In this document: in pieces, positions 13,220 to 27,400 of the stretch
Numbering within the stretch: the first letter of the stretch is position 1
Layout of the letters: each line of letters begins with the position of its first letter
Program-made: the position numbers and the translations under genes
Assembly (NCBI RefSeq): GCF_009914755.1
Contig: NC_060935.1
Length of the DNA stretch: 64,000 nt
Reading direction: 5' to 3' (one strand)
Origin: the human T2T-CHM13v2.0 reference genome, Homo sapiens
Notes under the pieces: model-generated
What the model was told of the DNA's origin: nothing
What the model saw: the letters and a program-made list of their open reading frames with translations, nothing else
Database searches by the model: none

Positions 13220-13470
13220 TGGAAGAGAACATGGGGTTGTGGAAAAAACTAAAATCAGGGTCTAAAAATCTCAGCTCTGTTGTTAATGAAGTTGAAAGCT
13301 TGGCGAAGTCACCTAATCCTTATATGTCCTAATTTTTCTCCCGTGGTATGGGGATATTAACAGTTTGATAGCAGATTTACAGTGTTCATGTGAGAATTAA
13401 ATGAAATTGCTAATCACAACAGTACCTAGCACAGTGCTTGGGACATAATAGGCCCACAGTAGGCAATTGA
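13220..13470 (+). mobile_element. MIR SINE
   Basis: CTTGGCGAAGTCACCTAATC...GTGAGAATTAAATGA...CTAGCACAGTGCTTGGGACATAATAGG. Confidence 0.7.
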
Positions 13471-13566
13471 CAGGTATTAATTTGCCCTTTCCTGTTCCTT
13501 CACGAAAGCTTTAGATCATAGAATTTGGCAAACCTTATTGTCTATTGGCGGCCTGTTTCTATAGTC

Positions 13567-14233
13567 CGGTGTTTTTCAGACTTAATTTTCAACTCCTTTT
13601 AAAAGAAAAACATTTGCCTGAAATCCTGCCACTAACTTATGCATTTTTATTATAATAATATTTAAAATATAAAACCATTACATTATGAATTAGACACTAA
13701 TATTTATAATGTATATTCAATTATAAGACCAGAGCAAATTTTCAAATAAGGTTTGAATTCAATTAAAATAAAATAAAATTCAAATAAAATCATTAAGTTA
13801 ATGTGATTGAGGATGTTATCTTTCTGAAATTAAATCACAATGTACAACTGAATGTAGTACTGGATATACTTTTGCATTCATCATGTTTCTACCTCACCAT
13901 GTTATGTGATGACTTGAGTCTCTTTTCACTTAAATTATTCAAATTTTTTATTTCAGCATTGGGTCCTGGTATGATTTAACCCTCACCTGGTGCAAATGCA
14001 TCATGTAAATTTTGAATAGCCATTTTTATTTTCCTGAAAAATAACATGACAAATAGAGCAGCTTTGGGCACTAAAGATGTGCAATACTTAGTTATTAGGT
14101 TATCATCCGGAAGATAAGAGTTATTAACCTTGTTTGGTTATCTTTGAAATCAATTGACAGTTTGACACATTCTTAGAGCTCATTGTGAACTCTATTATCA
14201 AAAAATAGAGATCACAGCTTGAAAATCTTTCTG
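13567..14233. mobile_element. Possible hAT-Charlie DNA transposon remnant
   Basis: Ends CGGTGTTTTTCAGACT and CAGCTTGAAAATCTTTCTG resemble degenerate Charlie terminal inverted repeats. The interior is too diverged to confirm. Confidence 0.3.
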
Positions 14234-16029
14234 TATTAAAAGACCAATACAGGAATCAAGAAGAAAGCCTCTAGTAATTGTTTTGATGATTGTGACATTA
14301 TTAAAATAGTAAAAATTAGAGAAGTGAGTTGTGTGGCAGTGTGAAATGAAGATTTTGTGTTTGCTTTTTTTTTTTTTTACTTTTATGATGTCGAATTCCT
14401 TTTAAAAAGAAAGAAAATTATCAGCAAGATAAAGACAGATCTTATTATCTGTCCTTAAAAGTCCTTTTCTTTTTGCTAGTTTCTTAGGGTATGTTTTAAT
14501 TTTAATAGGCCCAGATCTGGTTCACTTTTATATTTCCTTCAGTATCAAACATATGTAAGAGATGTTCCAAGCTCTTTACTGAAGAAAGGAGTAATTTTAT
14601 TATCTGCAGAATATTTTAAAAGATACTTTATTTTTACCCCTTGGAGTGATTTAGGTAGCCTATGTGTAAGCAAATGAATGAATTAAGTAACATTCTCAAA
14701 CATGTGTGATTTCTTGGTTTCATTGATTTGAATCTAGTGCAGCAGTAAGTAATGGATAGAATTAAGATAGTAAAAGTTGACTTATGCAATTGTGTGGTGT
14801 TAGATTGATTTACGACTCAAACGAAATCAGTCTTACAAGTAAGACTAAATTGAATATGTGACATGGAGTGATAAATTGAGAACACTACTGAAAGTATTTA
14901 AACTGTTAAAAATTGAAGAAATCTGTCCAAAGAGTAGCACATTCATAGATTTTGCGAGATAAGATAGAATATATGAGCAGTTGAGATTGATTTAAGTTGG
15001 TCTCAATACATCAGTTTGAAGTTTAGCAATGAACAATAAGTCAGAAGAGTCCCAGCTGATGTAGCAAAGACCTTTCACCAATAGAGGAACTCCAGCTTAT
15101 GTACTTTCACTTACACCTTCATTGCTGTTATTATTATTTTTTAATTATGAACCCTGCACTTAGTTAGATGTTACTTGAGGAGAAGGATAACACAATTCTG
15201 TTCCACTGGCAAATCAAACATATGCTTAGCAAAAAAACAAACAGACAAAAAAAAAAAAAAACAAATGCCCCAAATATTTGAATTGCAGACCTGAGGTATT
15301 TTCTGAAAACCTCTCAATTTTTTGGAGTTTATTAAAAGATAGAAAGTAATATAAAGTTTAAATGTTAATTACTTATGAGTGACCTTTCTGAATTGCCCAT
15401 TTGGAAGACTTGTCTCTGAGATGATTTAAAAGAATCTCAGATAGTGTGTTTTCTAAATAAAATTGATTTGTTAAAAGGTCATACACATGATTTAGAGATA
15501 TGAGGGTCAAGGAAAGAAAATAACTAATTTCAAATAAAATGTTTACAGTTTAGGCGGTCTTTAATGAAATCCTACCTGGCATTTTGGCAACATCAGGCAT
15601 TAGAGACTTAATTTAATGAATCAACAGGGAACTGAAGCTTCCATGTTACACTGTTTTGTCTAGAGTGAATTTTAATTTGAAGTGAGCCAATGTGATATAG
15701 AAATATTGGTAACCTTGGAAAATGTCTACAGAACCCCTTCTTATTCATAAAAAAATGATTTTTAAATTACCAAAATATCATGTCCTAAATATAACAACTC
15801 TTAATAAGTTGTTACATATATAGCTATTTATCTCTCTATGACCATTCTGTATTTACAGATATAAAACCTGCTTATTTTTTATATATTTATATAACAACTT
15901 ATTAATAACAGACACAATAGCAGATATAATAACTAAACTGGATTAAGTGCTCACTATATATGAGGAACTATGCTAAGCATCACTTACACATGTTATGAAA
16001 ATTTCCATATCACTAGCTAACTATGTGCA

Positions 16030-16420
16030 TATACATTGTAAGTTTTGATAGCTGCATAGTGTGTTATTATATGATTATACTATAACTTATTTAGCCAATA
16101 AACTATTGTTAGGCATTTATGTAATTTCCAAATATTCGTGTTTATATATACTAACATAAGATTCTTTTTAATTTGTGCATCCAAATTTATTATGTCAGGA
16201 TAAATTGTCAGAAGTATAATACCCAAACCAAAACATTTACATGTTCCTTTGAAATTTCATTATTTAGCTGTTGTATCAAAAGATAAAAAATAGAAAACAG
16301 GGAGGTTTTTGAAATGGATTGTTGAACTGTAAACTCAGTAATCCCATGCCAGTCTATACGCCCAAAAAAACTTTGTGAGGCTTCCTTCCCTACATCCTTG
16401 CTGACTCTGGTTTTATGTGT
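16030..16420 (-). mobile_element. Ancient L1 (L1ME-like) fragment
   Basis: ATAGCTGCATAGTGTGTTATT...TTATTTAGCCAAT...GGATAAATTGTCAGAAGT resembles antisense L1ME. Confidence 0.5.
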
Positions 16421-17559
16421 TTCAGTCTTTGATGAGACTGGTCAGTCTTGAAACCAGTCAGGTTTATTTTATTTATGGATGCACTCAATTGCTACTCTTT
16501 CTCCTAATAGATGAGATCAAATATTAGGATATCTTAATTGATGAACCATGCAGTGTGTTTTCATGACATAGACAATGTGTTTATATATCAGAGACAGTAG
16601 GGAAGATATAAATAATACTATCATTTTAGTTCAAAGGTGAACCATGAAAAAGCTTCAGAAATATTTCAGCCCACTTTCTTCATATACAGAAATAACAAAT
16701 GGCAATATAAATAAGAAATAAGGTGAGATGTGACATCATCCACAATAAAATAATTCTCAGTTTATGATATAGAGCCGGTACAAAGGAAAAACAACAACAA
16801 CTGCATTTTATCTCTTTTAGAGCCCTGTGTGGGGCTAGAAATTCACAAGTCTCTGTCTTTGCTCATGCTGGTTCCCCAACATGGTTTTCCAGCCCTGCTA
16901 TTGGTTTCTTCTTTGCCTGTTTACATTGTACTTATCAATGGGACCCAGATCAAAGGCTAGTGTCTGTTTGCACCTTCCTTAATCTCTCTAATTAGGATGA
17001 TTTTTTTTTTTTACTTTGGTTCTTTCAATATGCTTTCTCTATCTTTGTGTTCATTTTAATTTTGCATGGTTAGGTGTTAATAAAGTCATTTCTCTGATTT
17101 TTATGCGTATTCCTTTAAGTGGTATATATTTTACTCAATTGTATAGCATAATCAGAACTCAATATTACAGTGACTGGCAAAGTACATAAAATATTTGTTG
17201 AATGAGTAAGATAAAGTGTTTTATTTGTAATGCTTTTCAGATAGCATATAGTATTTGAAACTCATTGGAGAATCACTAAAAATGACACTGAATTATTTTC
17301 AGGAGAAGTTTTAAGCTTTTCATTTGAAAATAGTCATGTATTTATCTATAGCACATATAATAGCATTTAAAAAAACTCTCATTAAAAGAATGTCCTCCAT
17401 TTTTATATACCTGTATATAAAATATAATTGTATAAAGCATGCTTTATATACTTTCCACTTCTAGAAATAATAAAATCAGCAACTACAATCTCCCATTTTT
17501 TTTAAAGAAAAACCTACTACACTTCCCTTCATCTAGAATTGAAATGGTTCATATATCTA

Positions 17560-17892
<333 letters not shown>

Positions 17893-17980
17893 AAGAAGTT
17901 GGCAATATGAGGTAAAGTTGTATTTGAGGGCCACATGATAAAAATTGCTTTCCTTTTTTCCTTGAATAATGCATCAGATA

Positions 17981-18292
17981 ATTTACTTACTTATTTATGT
18001 ATTTATTAGAGATGGGATGTTACCTCTGTTGCCCAGGCTGGAATACAGTGGTACAAACACAGCTCATTGCAGCCCCCAGCTCCTGAGCTCAAGCAATTGT
18101 CCTGCCTCAGCCTCCTGAGTAGCTGGGACTACAGGCATTCTTCACTATGCCAAACTAAGTTGTTTTTTTTTTTAATTTTGGTGAACACTCGGTCTCACTA
18201 TGCTGCTCAGGTTGGTCTCAATCTCCTGTCCTCAAGCAATCCTTTCTCTTCTGCCTCCCAAGTCATTGGTATTACAGGTCACTGCACCCAGC
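17981..18292 (-). mobile_element. AluJ, antisense
   Basis: AGCTCATTGCAGCC...GAGCTCAAGCAAT...GGTCTCACTATGCTGCTCAGG: AluJ-type diagnostics; (TTTA)n-like tail. Confidence 0.9.
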
Positions 18293-19477
18293 ACAAATTA
18301 TTTTTTATCACTTTTCTTTACTTACATTAAGACAGATGCTCCTTTTTTGGCATGTCTTATTTTCTTTGAGCTTGAGAAACACATACACCAAAAAACGTTT
18401 GGAGAGATGACAGTTTTTTTCTGCCTAACAAATTTGACTGTGTACATTTTGATTTATTTCTTTGAAACACCAGTCTGATCCAATAATCTTACTTTAAAGC
18501 AAACTTGGGAAACAGCCAAACTAGGATCCTTGGTGTGCTTAAACAAAACCCAAGTGTTTGAGAATAAAACATGTATCACTTATGCATATAATGATTCAGT
18601 CCAGATGAACTGGGAAAACTTGTTCTCATTTTTTTGAGGCCCCTCTTGACCAAACTATTCATATGTAATTAGAAGCCACTTATAGAGCTTCACTAATAAG
18701 TAATAAATGCATTTAATTTCATATTGTTACCTATTTTAAAAATGAAGAATTTGTGGGTCTCATTGACAAACATAAACTTAAGATCACAAGATAATAAAAT
18801 ACCTTTGAATAATAACACAAGATGCTTAGTCATGTAAAGGAACATTAAGAAACCCAAATTCTGTTGCTGGACTTTTCGTTAGTATTAAATAGGCCATTAG
18901 ATTGAACAAAAGCTTTTCATGATAAATTAGAATTGCCTTAGAGTTTTTATCTTGCTTTTGGATATACATGGGAGAGTTTAAATATGAAAAACTAAATTTC
19001 CCAATTAAACATATTAAATGTATTTTAATTTATGTATTTCATTCATGTTTAATAATGAGGAGGAAAAGTAAATTGTATGTTGTTAATTGTCTAAATCTTG
19101 CTTTACAAAGCATATTTTTATTATTGGGCTTATTAATATTTAACTAGTTTAATAGTTTAATAAATAATTTTCTTTAAATGATAATTGAATAACTTTCTTT
19201 AGTCTTAGTTGGGTACACCTATCCATGGGAGTGCAGGCTGACCAATAAGCCAGAACCAAGGACCTATCAGAGGTAGACTGTAGGCTCTAATTTTTGAGCA
19301 ACAATAGTACCATGATTTGGTCATTATTATTCCAATTTCACATGATTAATTTGAATTTAGGTATGTCTATTTACTTGACCACTTTTTTGGTGAGAGAAAG
19401 AGCAAAGTTATGAACTTAAATTTGTCTAAAACTAAATCTTATATTCAACAGCCAAAGTACCAAAGAAATAAACTCGA

Positions 19478-19478
<1 letters not shown>

Positions 19479-19555
<77 letters not shown>

Positions 19556-19577
19556 GTATATATATATACACACACAT
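19479..19577. repeat. Compound (TG)n(TA)n(CA)n microsatellite
   Basis: Direct reading of the sequence. Confidence 0.97.
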
Positions 19578-20100
19578 AGGTACAGACCTCCCTAAAAACC
19601 AATAAGGGAAAAAAATTTCATCCATGTTTCTTACTATCCATTTACTGCACTGATAACAAACAGTGTACATTTTAAAAATATGTTGGTATATGTTACACAG
19701 AAACTTATAAATTAAAACATAAAATCACAGACCCACCTTTGGAAAATTTAATAAAATATCTAAACATTACACTTATTGAGCTGGACACAGCTTAGAATTG
19801 TTTGAACTAGTCCTTCCAATGTGTTTTGGCAAAACTTATAATTGTCATTTTATCAGCGATTGATTCAGAAAACATGTAGTGACCAAAAACTACAATAAAT
19901 TTAAGGATATTTTAAAATGCTTTTGTGTTCTTGTAAATCACAGTGACATCACCACTCATTATGAATTAATAGTATATATACATACACACACACACACACA
20001 CACACGATTGTCAATCCATAGATGAAGCTTGGTGCACTTATGGATTCACGGACCCACAACTACTCTTTGGAGTTGCAGTTATTGCAGCCCACAAGTGTGG

Positions 20101-20160
20101 AACCACAATGAAGTAACTGGGGCCCACAGTAACCACAGATGAAGTAACTGGGGCCCAGAG
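20101..20160. repeat. 30-bp tandem duplication at the start of an antisense MIR fragment
   Basis: AACCACAATGAAGTAACTGGGGCCCACAGT / AACCACAGATGAAGTAACTGGGGCCCAGAG. Confidence 0.9.
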
Positions 20161-20645
20161 AAATGATTCACCTACAATTATATAACTGGTAAGCACCTTA
20201 TCACAATTAAAACCCAGAATTCCTAAATGTTGGTCTTACGTACTTTTCCCTACACCAAAACTTCCCATCAATTTTGTTGATGTCTCCTTTGAGAATCAGA
20301 TGCCTGTTACCCCAGGGAAATGCATATGTGCCCATCCATGTGAAATGCTGCACATAATCCTAAGAGGGTTCACAAACTTTTTAGGGTCTACTCATGAGCC
20401 CCCTGGTAATAACACCTGCCGAAGCTACCACCTTAATTTCTATGTTAAAAACCGAGGAGTGGGTGGGCTACTGGGCCCTGCTTCTGAAGTTAAGTGATTG
20501 GGGGAGCTTTTTAAATCATATTTTTAAAGTGTACCTTTCCCTCAATTTTAACCAGGATCACTTGATCATCATAATGTGCATGTATTAATGGCTTTATTTG
20601 AGCTGTTAATAATGTCCTTAAAAATATTTTTAAGAAATCTGAATC

Positions 20646-21189
20646 AGCCATCCCATTACTGGGTATATACCCAAAGGACTATAAATCATGCTGCTATAAA
20701 GACACATGCACACGTATGTTTATTGCGGCATTATTCACAATAGCAAAGACTTGGAACCAACCCAAATGTCCAACAATGATAGACTGGATTAAGAAAATGT
20801 GGCACATATACACCATGGAATACTATGCAGCCATAAAAAATGATGAGTTCATGTCCTTTATAGGGACATGGATGAAAGTGGAAATCATCATTCTCAGTAA
20901 AGTATCGCAAGAACAAAACACCAAACACTGCATATTCTCACTCATAGGTGGGAATTGAACAATGAGAACACATGGACACAGGAAGGGGAACGTCACACTC
21001 TGTGGACTGTTGTGGGGTGGGGGGAGGGGGGAGGGATAGCATTGGGAGATATACCTAATGCTAGATGACGAGTTAGTGGGTGCAGTGCACCAACATGGCA
21101 CATGTATACATATGTAACTAACCTGCACATTGTGCACATGTACCCTAAAACTTAAAGCATAATAATAATAAATAAGTTAAAAAAAAAGA
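20646..21189 (+). mobile_element. 5'-truncated L1PA3-like insertion (~545 bp)
   Basis: ORF2 C-terminus (MFIAALFTIAKTWNQPKCP...LIGGN), 3'UTR with GAGAACACATGG and CTGCACATTGTG, poly(A). Perfect 14-bp TSD AAGAAATCTGAATC (20632-20645 / 21190-21203) at a TT/AAGA endonuclease site. Confidence 0.95.
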
Positions 21190-22122
21190 AAGAAATCTGA
21201 ATCTCACTGTTATTTCTTTAAAATTAATTGAACACACACACAAACAAGAGAAAATAGAAACTTAAAATCCTTCCTGTCTATACTGGTGACTTAACTTTGT
21301 GATGTTTTCAGTAGTAAAGCCAGCCTTTAGCTAGGAGTTCATAAATATTGAGAAGCATGATCTTTTTCCAGAGAAAGTGCCTACCAATTTGTGTGGATTC
21401 TGGTTGCCAAGAGACAAAGTTTAGTCCATTCAAATTAAGTTCAATGGTCTAAAAAATGCCAATTTTATGATAAAATGCTATCTTTTGTGGTAGAAAATGT
21501 TTATTTAAAATATTTAGGCCTTTAACATGTACTCTTTAAATAATGACAAATATGTGCAACTTTGAAATTGAGGGTTTTCTTTTACTTTTTCTTTATCTTT
21601 TTCATTTGTTTGTTTCTCATTCACATTGCAAATTCAAAATAATGATGCCAAACAGTCAAAAGAATCTAAGTCTGAGGTTTTACTTCTAGAATATATTCTT
21701 TCCGCCAGACATTCCAAAGGCTTTAATTTTCAATTCTGGGGTATTTGGCTATGTGTAAATAGCCCTAGAAGAATCGAAATAAGGCCAACAGGAGGAGGGA
21801 GCTTCCTGAACTATATTGACTTCCTTCTTTTTGGTTCACCTTTAGTTTTTGAGCATTCCACTAAGTTCATCCAAACAACCCCAGGATAAAGAGGGTTTTC
21901 TTTATTTAAGATGTCATGAGGCTGACAACAAATTAGCATTGTATGCATTGAAGTTTTAGTCTCCTGAAAAGAAAGGCTACAAGAAAAGAAATTGGTCATA
22001 GCATTTTCCTGTGAATAGTTCAAACATGTAAATAGTTGAAATGTATATATTTAACTGTTAGTTAAATAGTTGAAATATAATTATCAAATAATTAATTTAT
22101 ATAGTCAAAATAGATGGACTAG

Positions 22123-22247
22123 ATTCACTCAATCATTGAACAAGTATTTGCTGAGTAGCTCCCATAGATGTAAAGAGCCATTCTAGGTGTGGGATAAACA
22201 ATGAACAGAGCACAGAACTGCCCTCATAGGGTTAACATTTTGGTGGA
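22123..22247 (-). mobile_element. L2 3' end
   Basis: CATTGAACAAGTATTTGCTGAGTAGCT...ATTCTAGGTGTGGGATAAACAATGAACAGA...CTGCCCTCATAGGG. Confidence 0.65.
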
Positions 22248-22483
22248 TCTTAGATCGATATCATTTAAGAAATAGATTTCTCTATGATTTAGAAGTCTAG
22301 CTCCAATGGAGCATACTGTAAGATCTGGGAAAACAAAAACAGTCATTTTGAAATAAAATTAATATACAGGTGAAAATTCTAGCTCCAATGAACCAAAAGT
22401 TGAGTTGCCAAATAGACAAAGTAGTCTTTCAGCAAATACAAAGGTATATGTGAAGAGATAAAGACTGAAAGGATGGAAAGGTC

Positions 22484-22555
22484 AAGTTTTATATGAACAC
22501 CATCAGTAGATATATACTTAAGTTTTATATGAACACTCTCAGTAGATATAAACTT
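22484..22555. repeat. 36-bp tandem duplication with self-complementary unit ends
   Basis: AAGTTTTATATGAACACCATCAGTAGATATATACTT / AAGTTTTATATGAACACTCTCAGTAGATATAAACTT (33/36 identical). Confidence 0.95.
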
Positions 22556-23063
22556 AATGCCTGGATGATATCTGTGGCTATCATTTTAAAGCAATAAGTA
22601 CTTATTTTACCCATAAAATGTTATCTTTTAACATGCTAGTGGTAATCACAGTGGATTTGTGTTACTTTTCACAACTCACACTGTAGAAAACAAAGTATAA
22701 TTTGAAATTTGACATTAGAATAGCATCCAGGGGAGTCAGCCTGGTTTTTGACTTTAGAAGGATTTGGTTTTGAATATGGGCTCTGCAGACTGCTCCTTGT
22801 GGCCTTATCTGTAAGACACAGAAGTAATGCATGCATTGAGAGTTTAGAGAATCAAATGGGAAAAGGTGCAGGAGGCCCCTTACATTGTGTTGTGCATATA
22901 ATAGCTGGTCAATCAGTGGCTGGACATTTGTATTTACAGGACCAGAATTTGGATTTCATGTGCTTGATTTAATCCTGTGCTCCTTTGAGAGTGCACCTAG
23001 CTGTCTCCAGATATAGTAAAGGGGAAAGTTTTAATGGGCAGGAAAAGAAGAAATGTGCCTCAC

Positions 23064-23297
23064 TTTTTTTTTTTTTTTTTTTTTTTTTGAGACTGAGTGT
23101 TGCTCTGTCACCCAGGCTAGCGTGCAGTGGCACAATCTCGGCTCACTGTAACCTCTGCCTTTCAGGTTCAAGCTATTCTCATGCCTCAGCCTCCAGAGGA
23201 GCTAGGCTGGTCTTCAACTCTTGGCCTCAAGTGATCTGCCTGCTTTGGCCTTCCAAATTGCTGGGATTATGGGCGTGAGCCACCACAGCACCCGGCC
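23064..23297 (-). mobile_element. Antisense Alu with internal deletion of the A-rich linker region
   Basis: Poly(T) 23064-23088. Right-arm sequence runs to CCTCAGCCTCCAGAGGAGCT and joins directly to left-arm AGGCTGGTCTTCAACTC. Confidence 0.9.
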
Positions 23298-23959
23298 AGT
23301 GCCGCATCTTAGAACACTCTTGAGGTGCTTTCTGATTTTTAGGTAAGTGTTTAAACCCATGTAATACATTACAATTGACTCAGTAAACTATTATCTATGC
23401 CTTGAAATTTGGATTAGGAACCCCTAATGGTGAATAAGGTTATGTTGTAAGGATGTGATATGTCAAATATCAGAGAGAACTACAGGACGGGTCAGCAATT
23501 AAGTTGCTAATGGGGCCAAGCACAGTACAAAGTAAAGGTGGAGGATGAGGTGGGACTTTGGGAGATGAAGCTAGTTTCTAAGGAAAAGGAAAAAAATAAA
23601 GCAGCAAAAAGTAGTCCTATCTCTGATCCTTTCCTCAACTCTGAAAGAGTAATAGCTCTTTTCTTGGGCACTAAAACCACATTGAGACACAGTGGCCATT
23701 TTATAGGTGTCAGTTATTTTATCTTTATTATTTTTATTTAAATCATGACACTGTTGAGCTAATTAAATCCTTCCTGACTATCTTCAGGCCAATCGATCAT
23801 TTCTTTGCTTTGGTATCTATCTATGTTTCAACAACACGTGTATTTACATACAACTACATAATTTTAATAAAAACACATGATCCTTATAACTCTTCAGGTT
23901 TTTTCCTAGCTGAAGTAAAACATCTGTGAGATATTTACAGCCTCTCTCCCCCAAAATGA

Positions 23960-24948
23960 TTTTTTTAAATTTATTTTTATTGTGTATAGTTAATATATAC
24001 AAAATGATGTTTTGATAAACACATACACAGTGAAATGCTTACTATAGGTAAGCAAATTAGTATACTCATCACTTTCCATAGGTAACTTATGTGTGATGAG
24101 AGTTCCTAAAATCTACTTTCTTAGCAAATTTAATTATATAATACAATATTATTAACTGTAGTTAATAATATTATAATGCTGTACATTATAATATCAGATA
24201 TCTAAACATTCATTTTACATAGCTGCAAGTTTGTACATTTTTGACTTATATCTCCCCATTTTCTCTTCCTCTGTGTCCCTGGTAACTAGCGTTCTACTTT
24301 CTGTTTCCATATATTTGACTATTTCTTAGAATCCACATATAAGTGAGATCATGCAGTATCTATTTTCCTGTGTCTGGCTTATTTGACTTAGTATAATGTC
24401 TTTCAGATTCATTATATTGTTGCAAATGGCAGGATTGCCTTCTTTTTCAAGGCTGAATAGAATTCATTTGTATGTATATATAAAATGACAATTTATTTAT
24501 CCATTGATGGACACTTGAGTTGTTTTCATACCTTTGTTCCTGTGCATGATGCTGCAATAAACATGGGAATGTAGATCTTTCTACAAGGTGCTGACTTCAT
24601 TTCCTTTACGTAGATACCTAGCAGAGGTATTGCTGGTTTTATAGTAGTTATATTTTAAATTTTTTAAGGAAGCTCCAAACTATTTTCCAAAATGGTTGTA
24701 CCAATTTACATTCTCAGAAACAGTGTACAAGAGTTACCTATTCTCCACACCCTGGCTAACAATGATTATTTCTCATTTTTTTTTTTGATAATAGCTATAC
24801 TAACAGGTGTGAGGTGATATCTCACTGTAGCTTTGATTTTCATTTCCCTGATGATTAGTGACATTAAACATCTTGTCATATGTCTGTTGGCAATTTGTAT
24901 GTCTTCCTTAGAAAAATGTCTGTTCAGACCTTTTGCCCATTTTTAGTA
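23960..24948 (-). mobile_element. L1MA9-like 3' fragment
   Basis: Antisense L1MA 3'UTR (CCTAAAATCTACTTTCTTAGCAAATTT, CCACATATAAGTGAGATCATGCAGTA) running into the ORF2 end. Confidence 0.75.
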
Positions 24949-25003
24949 TTTATTTATTTTTCCCTTTAATTTTTATTTTAATTTTTATGGGTATATAGTA
25001 GGT

Positions 25004-25252
25004 ATACATATGAATATATATGTATTCACATATTTGTATATGTATATATTCACATATATGTATATATTCACATATACAAATATATATATATTTGTATATG
25101 AATATATATATTCATATATATGTGAATATATATATATATATTCATATATATGTGAATATATATATATATATATTCACATATATATATATGAATATATATA
25201 TATTCATATATGTGAATATATATATTCACATATACAAATATATATATATTCA
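25004..25252. repeat. Complex AT-rich quasi-palindromic microsatellite inside the L1 3'UTR
   Basis: Mixed TATATTCACATATA / TATATGTGAATATA and TATACAAATA / TATTTGTATA units in (TA)n. Confidence 0.95.
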
Positions 25253-27400
25253 TGGGGTACATGAGATATTTTGATACACAGATACAATGCATAATAATCA
25301 CATCAGAGTAAATGAGATATTCATCACCTCAGGCATTTATCCTTTCTTGGTGTTATGGGCATTCCAACTATACTCTTTTTGTTATTTAAAAATTTACAAT
25401 AAATTGTTGAGTGTAGTCACCCTGCTATGCTATCAAATACTAGATATTATTCATTCTATCTAACTATATTTTTGTACTTATTAACCATCCCCACTTTTCC
25501 TCTACTCCCCACTACTCTTCCCAGCTTCTGGTAACCATCATTCTACTGTATACTCCATGAATTCAATTATTTCAATTTTTTGCCCCTGCAAATGAGTGAG
25601 AACATAAGTTTGTCTTTCTGTGCTTGGCTTATTTCACTTAACATAATGTCTTCCAGTTCCATCCACGCTGTTGAACATGACAGGGTCTCATTTTTTTATG
25701 GCTGAATAGTGCTTTTGTGTATATGCACTACATTTGCCTTATCCATTCATCTACTGATGAACACTTCGGTTTGCTTACAAATCTTGGTTATTTTCAATAA
25801 TGTTGCAATAAACATGGGAGTCTAGGTATCTCTTCGATGTATTGTTTTACTTCCTTTTGGGTACATACCAGTAAAATTACTGAATCATATGGTGGTTTTA
25901 CTTTTAGTTTTCTGAGGACCCTCCATACTGTTCTCCATAGTGGTGGTAGTAATTTATATTCCCAGTCTTTTATATCCTTGCCAGCATTTGTTATTTCCTG
26001 TCTTTTGGATAAAAGCCATTTTAAATGGGGTGAGATGAAATCATATTGTAGTTTTGATTTGCATTTCTCTGATGATCAGTGATATTGAGAAACCTTTCAT
26101 TTACTCGTTTGCCATTTGTATATCTTCTTTTGAGGAAGGTGTATTCAGATATTTTTCCCATTTTAAATTGGATTATCAGATTTTTTACTATTGAGTTGCT
26201 TGAGCTTCTTATAAATTCTGGTTATTAATCCCTTGTCAGATGTAGAGTTTGCTAATATTTTTCCCATTCTATGGGTTGTCTCTTCACTTTGTTGATCATT
26301 TCCTTTGCTGTGAAGGAGATTTTTAACTTGATATGATCCCCTTTGTCCATGTTTACTTTGGTTGCTTGTAGTTGTTGGGTGTTACTCAATAAATATTTGC
26401 CCAAATTCAGCCTTAGAGCCTTTCCCAAATGTTTTCTTTAGTAGTTTTGTAGTTTAAGGTCTCAGATTTCAGTCTTGAATCCATTTTGATTTCATTTTTG
26501 TGTACGGCAAGAAAAGAGTATAGTTTTATTCTTCTGCATATGGATACCCAGTTCCAAACACCATTAATTGTAGAGACTGTCCTTTCCCTAATGTATTTTC
26601 TTGAGTCTTTATATGGATTTATTTCTGTGTTATCTATTTTGTTACATTGGTCTATGTGTCTGTTTTTGTGCCATCACAATGCTGTTTTGTTTATTATAGC
26701 TCTGTAGTATAACTGGAGGTAATGTCATTCATCCAGTTTTGTTCCTTTTGCTCAGGATAGCTTTGGCTGTTCTGAGTCTTTTGTGGTTCCACATAAATTT
26801 TAGAATACTTTTTTCTATTTAGGTGAGAAGGTAAATGGTATTTTGATAGAAATTTCTTTGAATTGCAGATTGCTTTGGGTGTTATGGGCATTTTGACAAT
26901 GTTAAATCTTCCAATCCATGAACATAAAATATTTTCACCTTTTTTGTATCATCTTCAATATCTTGCATCAATGTTTGTTAGTTTTCATTGTAGAGATCTT
27001 TCACTTTTTTGGTTAAGTTTATTCCTTGGGATTTTATTTTATTTGTAGCTAATGTAAATGGGATTACTTTCTTGATTTCTTTTTCATATTTTTCACTGTT
27101 GACATATAGAAATACAGTTTTTTTGTATTTTTATTTGGTATTCTGAAACTTTACTGAATTTATTCTAAAGGGTTTTTGATGGCATCACTAGGAGTTTCTA
27201 AATATAAGTTATCATCTACAAATGCAGATAATTTGTTTTTTTCTTTTACAATTTAGAAGCCATTTACTTCTTTCTATTGATGGCTCTTACTAGGACTTCC
27301 AGAATTATGCTGAATAACAGTAGGGACAGTAGGCATCCTTATCTTGTTCCAAATCTTAGATCCAAGGCTTTCAGTTGTTGTTATGTTCCTTCTAAGCCCA

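Noticed and set aside
20101-22555. Short direct repeats as a CRISPR-like array
   Set aside because: Two-copy tandem duplications without spacers, in a primate genome.
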